Shown piece by piece: positions 31,829 to 41,382 of a stretch of 64,000 bases of DNA. Position 1 is the first letter of the stretch. Each line of letters opens with the position of its first letter. Source of the stretch: Oceanispirochaeta sp. (lineage in GTDB: Bacteria; Spirochaetota; Spirochaetia; DSM-2461); NCBI GenBank assembly GCA_963666275.2, contig CAXXOA010000001.1, positions 1,952,001 through 2,016,000 of the forward strand, written 5' to 3'. Both the position numbers and the translations under genes were made by a program. The notes beneath the pieces were generated by a model that saw only the letters and a list, made by a program, of their open reading frames with translations, was not told the origin of the DNA and did no database searches.

Positions 31829-32423
31829 GGAGTTCCCCTTCTTCCATCTCTATCCTGATTTTACTCTCTGTAGTGCGGTTACTTACTCCATGATCTCCGG
31901 GAGACCAGATCAGCTTGTCCAGAGGCCAGTACAGACCAGCGGAATGCATCCTGCACTCATGTTTAAGAGGGAAAAGAGAGACTGTGGTCTCCGGAAGAAC
32001 ATCAATCTCGGAACTCCCCTGAATGAGCTGTATATAGCTGTTATGGGTAATCCAGAGATCCGGTTTATCCTCACGATAGAACATGGAATAGATGGCAAGA
32101 AAGTGATCAGCCCGGCCTCCCCCTCCCCCAACAAGGATTTTTTTACGGCAACCTGTTTTTATGAGATGCTGAAGTGCCAGTTCCGTATCGGTATAGTCTT
32201 TTTCTTCTGAATGCCTTTCAATTATCTCCGGATCCATGGTATCCAGACGGGATTTCTGTCTGAGGGAGTCCATATCTCCAATGATGTAATGGGGAACAAG
32301 ACTGTTCTCAAAACAGTAGTCCAGCCCTGAATCAGCGGCGATCAGAAAATCAGAAAGGTGAAATATGTTTTTTATCTTCTCAAAATCCGGAGCCTTGCCG
32401 CCGGTTACTGCTATACCTGTCAA
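31779..32423 (-). CDS. thiN: Thiamine diphosphokinase
   Basis: AADSG, IGDMDS, EKDYTDTELAL, GGRADH, GLYWPL, GVSN. Confidence 0.93.
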   Translation of the reverse strand: MTGIAVTGGKAPDFEKIKNIFHLSDFLIAADSGLDYCFENSLVPHYIIGDMDSLRQKSRLDTMDPEIIERHSEEKDYTDTELALQHLIKTGCRKKILVGGGGGRADHFLAIYSMFYREDKPDLWITHNSYIQLIQGSSEIDVLPETTVSLFPLKHECRMHSAGLYWPLDKLIWSPGDHGVSNRTTESKIRIEMEEGELLMVRSLDSVLIPSRRS

Positions 32424-32460
32424 TTTTTTATAACTCCTGAAAAAAACTATTATATTTTCC

Positions 32461-32487
32461 TAAAGGATCGTATTCAAGTTCCGAAAA
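32461..32487 (+). promoter_or_regulatory. Sigma28 (FliA) promoter of flaB
   Basis: TAAA-N15-TCCGAAAA against the consensus TAAA-N15-GCCGATAA, about 55 bp before the flagellin ATG. Confidence 0.75.
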
Positions 32488-32495
32488 TTTAAAAA

Positions 32496-32513
32496 GCGAA
32501 TAAGGATGTTCGC
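32496..32513 (+). promoter_or_regulatory. CsrA-type GGA-loop hairpin in the flaB leader
   Basis: GCGAAUA-AGGA-UGUUCGC 7-bp stem; more GGA motifs downstream and in the SD. Confidence 0.65.
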
Positions 32514-32542
32514 TCGTGGATATATCAAGGAGGATATAGAGT

Positions 32543-33403
32543 ATGATAATTAATCACAACCTTAGTGCAATGAACACACAGCGTTCATTCAAAATCAATG
32601 ACGGCAATTCTGCAAAGAATATAGCAGCCCTTTCTTCCGGCCTGAGAATAAACAAAGCCGGTGATGATGCATCCGGTCTGGCTGTCTCAGAAAAAATGCG
32701 TTCCCAGATAAGAGGTCTCAATCAGGCATCACGCAATGCCTCAGACGGCATTTCCTTTATCCAGACAGCAGAAGGTTTCCTTCAGGAAACAACCGATGTA
32801 CTGCAGAGACTGAGAGAGCTTGCGGTTCAGTCTTCCAATGGTATTTATACTTCAGAAGACCGTATGCAGATTCAGGTTGAGGTTTCTCAGCTTGTTGATG
32901 AGCTCGACAGAGTTTCCTCACATGCCCAGTTCAACGGACTGAATATGCTGACCGGCCGATTTGCCGCCTATACCGGTGAAAACTCGGTTACCAGTTCCAT
33001 GTGGTTTCATATAGGGGCCAATATGGATCAGAGAGAGCAGGTTTATATCGGCACAATGACATCAACTGCCCTGGGAGTGAGACAGATCGCTACAGGCAAC
33101 ATAATGTCAATTTCGACCCCGGAACAGGCAAACCGCAATATCGGAGTCCTTGATCAGGCACTGAAGAGAGTCAATAAACAGAGAGCTGACCTGGGAGCCT
33201 ACCAGAACAGACTGGAAATGGCTGTTAGAGGTATTGATGTAGGTGCCGAGAACCTTCAGGCATCTGAATCAAGAATCAGAGATCTGGACATGGCCAAAGA
33301 AACTGTGGATTTCACCAAAAACCAGATCCTCAGCCAGGCAAGCAACGCCATGCTCGCTCAGGCCAACCAGAGACCCCAGCAGGTACTTCAGTTACTGCAG
33401 TAA
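32543..33403 (+). CDS. flaB: Periplasmic flagellar filament core protein FlaB
   Basis: [55 protein letters not shown]; 286 aa, spirochaete type. Confidence 0.97.
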   Translation: MIINHNLSAMNTQRSFKINDGNSAKNIAALSSGLRINKAGDDASGLAVSEKMRSQIRGLNQASRNASDGISFIQTAEGFLQETTDVLQRLRELAVQSSNGIYTSEDRMQIQVEVSQLVDELDRVSSHAQFNGLNMLTGRFAAYTGENSVTSSMWFHIGANMDQREQVYIGTMTSTALGVRQIATGNIMSISTPEQANRNIGVLDQALKRVNKQRADLGAYQNRLEMAVRGIDVGAENLQASESRIRDLDMAKETVDFTKNQILSQASNAMLAQANQRPQQVLQLLQ

Positions 33404-33430
33404 TCCCCTGTTTTTATCCCTTACAAACAG

Positions 33431-33456
33431 AACCCGGCGATCAGCCGGGTTTTTTT
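33431..33456 (+). terminator. Rho-independent terminator after flaB
   Basis: AACCCGGC-GATCA-GCCGGGTTTTTTT. Confidence 0.88.
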
Positions 33457-33498
33457 CGTTATTGACAACAAAAGAAAGGAAAGGTAAGTTCCTTTTAG

Positions 33499-34848
33499 AT
33501 GAAAATTAAAGTACCCCAGGACCTTATTACCATATCCAGAATACTCAAAGATGCGGGACACAGCTGCTTCCTTGTAGGTGGAGCTGTCAGAGATCAGCTC
33601 CTCGGTCTTGAAGCGAAAGACTATGATCTGTGTTCGGATGCCAAACCTGAACAGGTTATGGAGTTGTTCAATAAAGTCATCCCTACCGGTATAAAACACG
33701 GAACAGTTACCATCATTTTTAAAAGAATACCCTACGAAATCACCACATTCCGCGTGGATGGTGAATATACTGACGGTAGAAGACCTGATGAAATAACCTA
33801 CACTTCTGATCTGCATATGGATCTGAAACGAAGAGATTTTACAATCAATGCCATTGCCTATGATATTCTGGAAAAGAAAATTATAGACCCCAATGGGGGT
33901 ATTGAAGACCTTAAAAGGAAACAGATACGGGCAATTGGCGTTCCGGAAGAAAGATTCAATGAAGACGGTCTTCGTTCAATACGAGCCTGCCGCTTTGCAT
34001 CGCAGCTCCATTTTACCATTGAAGATGAAACTTTAAGGGGCATCAACAATCAGCTTCATAAGATTCCGGATCTTTCCAAAGAAAGGATCTATGATGAGCT
34101 TATAAAGATATTTAAAAGTGAAAAACCATCCATCTCTTTTGAGCTGTTCAGAAAAACCGGTATTCTGCCCATTATCCTGCCTGAACTTTCCCGCTGCATA
34201 GGCATTCAGCAAAAAGGAAGCCATGATTTCGATGTATACAATCATCTTATATACAGCTGTGATGCGGCGCCCCGGGATAATGAGAATGTAAGGATTGCCG
34301 CCATGTTCCATGACCTGGGAAAACCAGAGTCCCTGGGGGAAGATGAAGAGGGTCTCCCCACTTTCTACAATCATGAATATATGTCAGAGAGAATTGCTTC
34401 AGAAATCATGCTCAGGTATAGATTTCCCAAAGAGAAGATGAAAAAGATACTGCATCTCATCAGAAACCATATGTTCCATTATACCGATGAGTGGTCAGAT
34501 GCTGCGGTCAGACGTTTTATCAGGAGAATCGGCATTGAAAATCTGGAAGAACAGTACCTGCTGAGATATGCCGATATCAGCGGTATGTCACATACTGATG
34601 GGGATTTTAGAAATATTCAGAGTCTGAAAGAGCGGGTACTTAAGATTTTGGAGGAAGAAAACGCTTTTTCCATAAAAGATCTTGAAATAGACGGTAAAGA
34701 TCTGATGAACAGCCTGAAGATCTCCGGCGGCCCTATCATTGGGGACATACTGGAATACCTTCTGGAATCTGTTCTTGATGATCCGGGTATGAACAACAAA
34801 GAGAATCTTCAGATTCTCGCAGAAAAATACTATCAGAAGATTCACTGA
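33499..34848 (+). CDS. cca: CCA tRNA nucleotidyltransferase / poly(A) polymerase family with HD domain
   Basis: LVGGAVRD, KDYDL, EITTFR, RRDFTINA, EDGLRSIR, HDLGKP; the tRNA genes here lack CCA. Confidence 0.85.
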   Translation: MKIKVPQDLITISRILKDAGHSCFLVGGAVRDQLLGLEAKDYDLCSDAKPEQVMELFNKVIPTGIKHGTVTIIFKRIPYEITTFRVDGEYTDGRRPDEITYTSDLHMDLKRRDFTINAIAYDILEKKIIDPNGGIEDLKRKQIRAIGVPEERFNEDGLRSIRACRFASQLHFTIEDETLRGINNQLHKIPDLSKERIYDELIKIFKSEKPSISFELFRKTGILPIILPELSRCIGIQQKGSHDFDVYNHLIYSCDAAPRDNENVRIAAMFHDLGKPESLGEDEEGLPTFYNHEYMSERIASEIMLRYRFPKEKMKKILHLIRNHMFHYTDEWSDAAVRRFIRRIGIENLEEQYLLRYADISGMSHTDGDFRNIQSLKERVLKILEEENAFSIKDLEIDGKDLMNSLKISGGPIIGDILEYLLESVLDDPGMNNKENLQILAEKYYQKIH

Positions 34849-35606
34849 TCCGCTGATTTTTTTTCTGCCAGCCTTCTATAGGCTGATTCTGCGGCACTTC
34901 TCTCGGCTTCTTTTTTATTTTTTCCCTTGCCGGGACCATAGATTCCGCCGTCGACCTCTACCTCTACCCAGAACGTTCTGTTATGGTCTGGTCCGATTTT
35001 TTTAACAACTGAATATTTAGGATAGGATTTATACTGTTTCTGGGAAAATTCCTGAAGCAGAGATTTATAATCCCGCTTGTGACGGTTTTCAAGTACTTTT
35101 TCAATTTGAGGAATAAGTAAATCGAGAATAAACCGGGTTGTTTCCTTGAAACCGGCATCAAGAAAATAGGCACCGAAAATTGCTTCCATTGCATCTGCCA
35201 GAATAGCTTTTTTTGTTCGCCCCCCGGAGTTCTCCTCACCCTTCCCTATCAGAAGGTACTGATTGACCCCCAACTCCAGAGCAATCTCAGCAAGACTCTC
35301 TTCGCTAACTACAAAAGATTTTATCCTGGCAAGATCGCCTTCGGCTTTTTGAGGAAGTAGATTGAAAAGGTATTCAGCAGTTACAAGCCCCAGAACAGAA
35401 TCCCCCAGGAATTCAAGTTTCTCATTGTTCTCTTCAACACCCTGAACTTCATTCGTGTAGGACCTGTGACAAAAAGCAAGGTTCAAGAGATCATATCTCC
35501 TGAACCTTATGGACGCTTTTTTTTCAAAAGCAGCTAACTCTTTTTTCCTTTCACCATCTAAAGGTATGGTTTTAATTTCCTGGGAAATATTAGAAAAAAG
35601 TCTCAC
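34842..35606 (-). CDS. rnc: Ribonuclease III
   Basis: NEKLEFLGDSVL, ADAMEAIFGA, dsRBD DYKSLLQE...KKEAE. Confidence 0.97.
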   Translation of the reverse strand: MRLFSNISQEIKTIPLDGERKKELAAFEKKASIRFRRYDLLNLAFCHRSYTNEVQGVEENNEKLEFLGDSVLGLVTAEYLFNLLPQKAEGDLARIKSFVVSEESLAEIALELGVNQYLLIGKGEENSGGRTKKAILADAMEAIFGAYFLDAGFKETTRFILDLLIPQIEKVLENRHKRDYKSLLQEFSQKQYKSYPKYSVVKKIGPDHNRTFWVEVEVDGGIYGPGKGKNKKEAERSAAESAYRRLAEKKSADQ

Positions 35607-35623
35607 TTATGTTTACTTGATTA

Positions 35624-35860
35624 TCAGCCAAGTTCCGCTTTGATAAAATCCAAAGCATCAGAAACTTTTTCGAACTCTGTAGCTTTTTCATCGGGTACGG
35701 ATACACCGAGCTCAGAATCAATTGCGTAAAGCAGTTCGTATGTATCGAGGCTGTCAGCTCCCAGATCTTCTCTGAAACGAGCATCCGGAGTGATTTTATC
35801 CTCTTCTACTTCCAGCTTTTCAGCAATGAGTTTTTTCAGTTTTTCAAACATTTCATCCAT
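35624..35860 (-). CDS. acpP: Acyl carrier protein
   Basis: DLGADSLD phosphopantetheine motif. Confidence 0.97.
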   Translation of the reverse strand: MDEMFEKLKKLIAEKLEVEEDKITPDARFREDLGADSLDTYELLYAIDSELGVSVPDEKATEFEKVSDALDFIKAELG

Positions 35861-35876
35861 AATAGACTCCTTCTAT

Positions 35877-36065
35877 TTAAGCCATGTCTTCCGGCTCAAT
35901 AATCTGATTCCCTTTGTAGAAACCGCATTTAGGACAAACTCTGTGACGCAGAATTTTATTTCCGCAATTACTGCAAGATATCAGATTGGGAGTGGTCATA
36001 CTCATATTGATAGACCTGCGTCTCCTGGATCTTGCTTTCGAAGTTTTATATTTAGGTACTGCCAT
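35877..36065 (-). CDS. rpmF: 50S ribosomal protein L32
   Basis: MAVPKYKTSKAR, CSNC...HRVCPKCG. Confidence 0.97.
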   Translation of the reverse strand: MAVPKYKTSKARSRRRRSINMSMTTPNLISCSNCGNKILRHRVCPKCGFYKGNQIIEPEDMA

Positions 36066-36171
36066 TCATAATCCTCGCTTAGCTGTTATTGACTGTGAGA
36101 ATATAGTATTTCTCTTTTTTTTTGTCAAGGTACTTCTTTTTGTTAAAATAAATAAGCTCGCAAACTTATCT

Positions 36172-36654
36172 TTAATTCGGTGCAATTTTTTCCTTCAGCA
36201 GAGTTTCCACATTCTCGGGAACCATGGCACTGACATCAGCACCGAGCTGCACAAGCTCCTTGATAGAAGAAGAACGCAGAACAAAATACTTCTGAGCCGT
36301 GGGAAGAAATACGGTTTCAATGTGCGGAGCGAGCTGCTTATTCATCATAGACAACTCAAATTCATAGCCGAAGTCCGCAATAGCCCGGACTCCCCTGAGA
36401 ATGACACTGATTGAATTCTCAGTTGCATAATCGACAATGAGTTTGTCCCAGAGGGTAACTTTTACATTTTCAATCCCCCGGGTCATCTCTTTCATAAGAT
36501 TAAATCTTTCGTCAGGCTCAAGGAGATACTTTTTCTGGTAATTATATGAAATAACCACATCCAGAGAATCGAATAACTCTGATCCTCTTTTTATGAGATC
36601 CAGATGACCGTTTGTCGGAGGATCAAAAGAACCGGGGAATACTGCTTTTACCAT
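36172..36654 (-). CDS. coaD: Pantetheine-phosphate adenylyltransferase
   Basis: FPGSFDPPTNGH, RGVRAIADFGYE, SSSIKE. Confidence 0.97.
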   Translation of the reverse strand: MVKAVFPGSFDPPTNGHLDLIKRGSELFDSLDVVISYNYQKKYLLEPDERFNLMKEMTRGIENVKVTLWDKLIVDYATENSISVILRGVRAIADFGYEFELSMMNKQLAPHIETVFLPTAQKYFVLRSSSIKELVQLGADVSAMVPENVETLLKEKIAPN

Positions 36655-36739
36655 AATGAATACCTATAATAAATGGATTATCTGACTTAGTAAATACATA
36701 CTGGAATCTTCAAAAAGGTGCAACATTTTTTTTTTTATT

Positions 36740-36768
36740 TTGACAATATCCTTTGAAATAGATAGACT
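36740..36768 (+). promoter_or_regulatory. Sigma70 promoter abutting the lipoprotein start codon
   Basis: TTGACA-N17-TAGACT-N7-ATG, no SD. Confidence 0.65.
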
Positions 36769-36775
36769 ATTTTTT

Positions 36776-37366
36776 ATGAATAAAAAGCTTATACATTTAC
36801 AGGTAATTCTAGCATTTACCGCTATGATTTTTCTATCATGTCAATCAGCCGAACCTGTTACTGAAGAACCTGTAAAGCCCGAACAGCCTGCCGAGACGGT
36901 TTCCGAAGAACCGGTTCAGCAGGAAGAGGTTCTTGCAGAAGAACCGGAACCGGAAGTTGTTGTGAACAATGAAACAGGATTTGAGATTTCCAAAGAAGAG
37001 TACGAGAAAACCCGGGATGAAATCAGCGAACTGATAAATACCTTAAATAGTATAATTTCAGGCAGAAATTACGAAAAATGGAAACTATTTTTATCTGATA
37101 GCTATATCAAAACTTATAATGATCCTGTAAAATTAAGACAGATATCGGAACAATCCCAGATCCTGTCAGAAAATAATATTGTACTGACAAATCTACAGGA
37201 CTATTTTGAATGGGTAGTTGTTCCCAGTCGCTCCAGTGCGCGGGTGGATGATATTGTGTTTTCGGATGACACGCATTTAATTGTTTATATGAAAATAAAA
37301 GAAAAAAATACAATTCTATACCAGCTTGAATCAATAGAAGATAAGTGGCAGATCAGCGTTTGGTAA
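36776..37366 (+). CDS. Hypothetical lipoprotein (start moved to ATG 36776)
   Basis: MNKK, hydrophobic core, FLSC lipobox; Glu/Pro-rich linker; globular C-terminus. Confidence 0.75.
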   Translation: MNKKLIHLQVILAFTAMIFLSCQSAEPVTEEPVKPEQPAETVSEEPVQQEEVLAEEPEPEVVVNNETGFEISKEEYEKTRDEISELINTLNSIISGRNYEKWKLFLSDSYIKTYNDPVKLRQISEQSQILSENNIVLTNLQDYFEWVVVPSRSSARVDDIVFSDDTHLIVYMKIKEKNTILYQLESIEDKWQISVW

Positions 37367-37407
37367 TCAAATGCGTTATATTATATATTGTGACTAGGAG
37401 AAAAAGG

Positions 37408-38109
37408 ATGAAAAGATTTCAATACACTTTAATAATTTTATGGGTTCTGCTATTTACTGCATCCTTGACTGCACAGGAGCAGGAACAGACTATTGAAGAA
37501 TTGTATCTGCAAAGTCAGGTTAAAGTAAAAATTATAAAGGCTGAAGCGGAATCTATTGATAGAGATATGAAACTGATCGCTCTTCAGGATATTGAAGAAA
37601 TGGTTTCAGATGGTCAGATCAGCGGGGATGACAGGCAGATGATTGGCATTCTCAGCAGCCTTGGCACTGAAGGTATTTCCAATCAGGTTATCGAGCAGGG
37701 AGCTGTTATAAATGACTTCCCCATGGTAAGAAAAGAAGCCGTCAGGATTCTGGGTGATGTCGGAGGAGATTACGCCAGGGATGCGCTTGTGACTGTACTG
37801 CTTTCAGAACCGGAACCAATGGTTCTATCCGAAGCTGTAGTGGCTCTTTCAAAAGTGGGAGCCGATGAACAGGGTATAGTTCTGGCAGTTATTTCAGATG
37901 CCATGCGGTCACAGACGGCTTTGAACAAGGACAATAACTTCGCCAATGCGTTTATTCTGGCCATTGACAATCTGGCTCAGAATAACAACGGAGTTGATGA
38001 TCTGAGGGTTTTTGAGGAACTCACAAAGATAGCAGATCCCCGGAGCGGATACATTACAGTGGTTCGCAAGAAAGCTTTTGAGCTTCTTAAATCACTTCAG
38101 GAGTTCTAA
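37408..38109 (+). CDS. Exported HEAT-repeat protein (start moved to ATG 37408)
   Basis: AGGAG SD, signal peptide MKRFQYTLIILW...LTA, HEAT-like VRKEAVRILG and VLSEAVVALSK. Confidence 0.72.
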   Translation: MKRFQYTLIILWVLLFTASLTAQEQEQTIEELYLQSQVKVKIIKAEAESIDRDMKLIALQDIEEMVSDGQISGDDRQMIGILSSLGTEGISNQVIEQGAVINDFPMVRKEAVRILGDVGGDYARDALVTVLLSEPEPMVLSEAVVALSKVGADEQGIVLAVISDAMRSQTALNKDNNFANAFILAIDNLAQNNNGVDDLRVFEELTKIADPRSGYITVVRKKAFELLKSLQEF

Positions 38110-38154
38110 TTCCAATAATCACTAAACATGTAGTTTTATGTTTATATGAGATAG

Positions 38155-38184
38155 AAAAACCCGCCGGATCGGCGGGTTTTTTTT
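38155..38184. terminator. Bidirectional Rho-independent terminator
   Basis: AAAAACCCGCCG-GAT-CGGCGGGTTTTTTTT between convergent genes. Confidence 0.88.
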
Positions 38185-38590
38185 AAAGGATTTCTTTTCT
38201 CAACTGAGATCGCCAGTCAGGCTTTTCTTCCCTTGACTCTTCATATTCGATCTCTCTCAGAATCTTGAAATTTTTGTTCTGGTTATTATCATAATGAATA
38301 ACACCGAATTTCCCGTTTCCGAGATAGGCGATTTTTTCATTTTCCTGCAGTGTTTCATCTTTTGCAATATTTTTGATAATGCAATCGAAATGTGCGGGCT
38401 CTCCACTTTTCTGTTCTGTTATAGCGGAACTTAAATCCCTAATATTCTTTCCGCAGACAGAACAGACATACGCAGGTCCTGCATAGGAAGTAATACTTTT
38501 ATTATTATTGTTCTTTTTTCCTCTGTAACGGTTTCTATTGTTTCGTTTAGGAGGTTTACTGCTGGAATTTGACGCCACTTTTGTCCTCAT
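38183..38590 (-). CDS. Hypothetical protein with basic N-terminus and a CxxC...HxxC putative zinc site
   Basis: CSVCGK...PAHFDCI; Arg/Asn/Lys-rich N-terminus. Confidence 0.72.
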   Translation of the reverse strand: MRTKVASNSSSKPPKRNNRNRYRGKKNNNNKSITSYAGPAYVCSVCGKNIRDLSSAITEQKSGEPAHFDCIIKNIAKDETLQENEKIAYLGNGKFGVIHYDNNQNKNFKILREIEYEESREEKPDWRSQLRKEIL

Positions 38591-38723
38591 TCATATTTAC
38601 GATCTCTTCAGTTAAAGTTGCAGCAATTCTTTTGATGGCGCTTTCCATATATAACTTGTCATCAATTTTATGCTTTAACTCATGAAGTTTTTTCGGATCT
38701 GTATTTTTTGCGATACGTACCAT
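38556..38723 (-). CDS. Unannotated 55-aa small protein with a FlgM C-terminus-like pattern
   Basis: MVRIAKNTDPKKLHELKHKIDDKLYMESAIKRIAATLTEEIVNMNEDKSGVKFQQ*, read by hand; GGAGAAGGAG SD; overlaps the next gene by 35 bp. Confidence 0.68.
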   Translation of the reverse strand: MVRIAKNTDPKKLHELKHKIDDKLYMESAIKRIAATLTEEIVNMNEDKSGVKFQQ

Positions 38724-39041
38724 TCGGAGCTCCTTCTCCCTTGATGAGTATTATCTATGTGTTTTAAAGTCTAAACCTTTATCCTCCATGACAAAAGTGT
38801 AAACCTTTCAGCCAATATTACCTTTAATATTAATTTTATTCTACATTGCCGGTGCAGAACTGGGAAATATTCAAGTAATTCAGGACAGGGAAACGACTAT
38901 TGGTTTCCGATCCTTTTGCTGGAATAGATAACATCTCTGATTTTTAAAATATTTTTTTATCCCTTACAGATATAATATCGTCCTGAAATCTGAAGATCAT
39001 AAAAGATCTTTCCATTTTTTTGTTTAAAACGCAGTGATATT

Positions 39042-40175
39042 TTAATCTTTATCCACAAGAAGGGAATTAAGATCAACCGCTTTCACAATGAAAAGATCTT
39101 TCATCTCCAGAAGGTTCAGAACCGGTCCCATATCACCGGGATACTCCTTTCCAGTTGCATCGATCAAAGTGATCACATTGGGCCTGAGAGGGGCTTCAGG
39201 GTTACCTTTGATCACTCTGGCTATAGATGAGTCATTCAGCATGACAATGCTTCCCAGAGGATAGATTCCCATGCTCTTGATGAAATTTCTGAGTATTTCA
39301 GGATCAAACCTTCTTGAATTATCGCTTATGATATTCTTCATGGCCTCATATCCAATCATGGAGTTACGATAGGGACGTTCACTTACCATAGCTTCAAAAG
39401 CATCTGCTATAGAGACGATCCTGGCTTCAAGGAGTATATCATCGTGACTTTTCCCCTGGGGATAACCTTCCCCGTCCCATCTTTCATGATGCTCAAGAGC
39501 GATCCTGGCAATACTGTCATCATATTTCAGTTCCTTGGAAATAATCTGATAGGAATATACGGGATGACTTCTGAGTTTTTTCAGTTCATCTGCTGTGAGG
39601 TTGGATGTCTTTTCCTTGATTTCATCAGGGACTCTCATCATACCGATATCATGCAGGAGAGCCCCGTTACAGAGCTCCAGGAGCTTCAGTCGGGGACGCT
39701 CCATGGCAAAGCCTATAGTCAATGAAAGTATGGCCGTATTGAGGGCACTTTTAGCCTGTGCTTTATGAAGGCTGTTATGAGTGAGAACCATCCGGACTGA
39801 TTGAATAAATTTGTTCTCTACTGTGTCTATGAGCTTATCTGAAATCTGATCGATATCACCGGGATCTATCTCTTCCATGAGATTGATCCTGCTGAATATG
39901 CTATCCAGTTTATCCAATGTTTCATTGTAAATCTGAGTCAGTTCCTTGTCTGAGGGGATCCCCCATAGAAGTTTACTGTTTAAAAGATCCTCGTTTTCAG
40001 TTTCAGTAAACTGCCCTTCTGAAAGAACAAGATCCACCCCCCATTTATCAAGGCGGGTTAGATCCTTTTCCCGGATCGGGACACCCGCCGGTATGAAAAG
40101 AGTATCTTCATCGATAAATACGGGTTTATTGCAGCTCAGGCCCGGTTTAAGATCATTTACTTTATATTCATTCAT
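39042..40175 (-). CDS. HD-GYP domain protein (putative cyclic dinucleotide phosphodiesterase)
   Basis: LLHDIG, HHERWDGEGYP, IADAFEAMVSERPYR. Confidence 0.9.
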   Translation of the reverse strand: MNEYKVNDLKPGLSCNKPVFIDEDTLFIPAGVPIREKDLTRLDKWGVDLVLSEGQFTETENEDLLNSKLLWGIPSDKELTQIYNETLDKLDSIFSRINLMEEIDPGDIDQISDKLIDTVENKFIQSVRMVLTHNSLHKAQAKSALNTAILSLTIGFAMERPRLKLLELCNGALLHDIGMMRVPDEIKEKTSNLTADELKKLRSHPVYSYQIISKELKYDDSIARIALEHHERWDGEGYPQGKSHDDILLEARIVSIADAFEAMVSERPYRNSMIGYEAMKNIISDNSRRFDPEILRNFIKSMGIYPLGSIVMLNDSSIARVIKGNPEAPLRPNVITLIDATGKEYPGDMGPVLNLLEMKDLFIVKAVDLNSLLVDKD

Positions 40176-40265
40176 TTTAGAAAACCTTTCACTTATTTAC
40201 ATTGGAATGTGTCGTAATATTTACAATATATCATAAAAGGGCTTCAAAATTCCTACTTTTTTCAT

Positions 40266-40294
40266 AAAAAAAAAGGCTTCCCGAAGGAAGCCTT
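40266..40294 (-). terminator. Rho-independent terminator after rplS
   Basis: Minus strand AAGGCTTCC-TTCG-GGAAGCCTTTTTTTTT. Confidence 0.9.
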
Positions 40295-40297
40295 AAA

Positions 40298-40663
40298 TTA
40301 AGCATTAGCTTTTTGTTTTTTCTTGATCAGCTCTTTGACCTTGGCAGCTTTACCAACTCTGTCACGAATGTAGTAAAGTTTAGCTCTTCTGACTTTTCCA
40401 TGTCTGGAAACTTCAATCTTGTCAATTTTTGGTGAGTGAATGGGGAAAATCCTCTCAACACCTACACCGTAGGATATTTTTCTAACGGTAACAGTTCTGT
40501 TAACCCCGGTATTATTCAGAGCGATTACAAGCCCTTCATACACCTGGATTCTTTCTGTTTTACCTTCAACAATCTTGTAGTGAACTTTTATTGTATCACC
40601 GATTCTGAAGTTTTCTGCATTATCCTTCAGCTGTTCAGCTTCAACAGCACGTATGATATCCAT
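40298..40663 (-). CDS. rplS: 50S ribosomal protein L19
   Basis: [34 protein letters not shown]. Confidence 0.98.
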   Translation of the reverse strand: MDIIRAVEAEQLKDNAENFRIGDTIKVHYKIVEGKTERIQVYEGLVIALNNTGVNRTVTVRKISYGVGVERIFPIHSPKIDKIEVSRHGKVRRAKLYYIRDRVGKAAKVKELIKKKQKANA

Positions 40664-40695
40664 ATCATCCTCCTGTCAATTTATCATTCAGTCAT

Positions 40696-41382
40696 CTACT
40701 GATCATTACCGCTTCTGCGGTCCAGTAGATCTGGTCGATTCTTTTTAGTTTTTTCCAAACGTTTTTCCAGACGCCATTGCTCAATTCTGGCATGATGACC
40801 GGAAAGTAAAATATCCGGAACCCGCATCCCGCGGAATTCTTCCGGACGGGTGTAATGGGGATACTCCAGCAGAGAATCCTGAAAACTTTCCTCTTCAAGG
40901 GACTCTCTGGTAATAACCCCGTCACATAAACGATAGATACTGTCAATAACGACAAGGGAAGCAATTTCACCAGATGACAGAACATAATCCCCTATACAGA
41001 CTTCATCGTCCACATACTGGTCTATGATCCTCTGATCTATTCCTTCATATCTACCGCATATAAGAACAATCTCTTTTTCCTGAGCCAGTTCTTCAGCCAG
41101 TTCCTGTTTGTAGGATACACCTGACGGAGTGGGAAACACTGTCCTTTTTGACAGGGCCTTAACGGAATCCAGAGCCTCAGCCAGAGGTTCTGCCTTCAAT
41201 ACCATCCCGGCTCCGCCTCCGTAGGGGGCATCATCACAGGTTCTGTGCCGATCAAGGGCAAAATCCCTTATATTGACCAGCTCATATTCAATTATTCCCT
41301 TCTCTACCGCTTTTTCCATTATTGAACTTTTAAAAAAACTTTCCACAATCTCAGGAAACAATGTCAACACTGTAAACTTCAA
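40696..41382 (-). CDS. trmD: tRNA (guanine-N1)-methyltransferase
   Basis: DDAPYGGGAGMV, CGRYEGIDQR, GDYVLSSGE, EYPHYTRP. Confidence 0.98.
   Translation of the reverse strand: MKFTVLTLFPEIVESFFKSSIMEKAVEKGIIEYELVNIRDFALDRHRTCDDAPYGGGAGMVLKAEPLAEALDSVKALSKRTVFPTPSGVSYKQELAEELAQEKEIVLICGRYEGIDQRIIDQYVDDEVCIGDYVLSSGEIASLVVIDSIYRLCDGVITRESLEEESFQDSLLEYPHYTRPEEFRGMRVPDILLSGHHARIEQWRLEKRLEKTKKNRPDLLDRRSGNDQ

Noticed and set aside
39049..39057. Perfect DnaA box TTATCCACA
   Set aside because: Single copy inside a coding 3' end, with no cluster or oriC gene context
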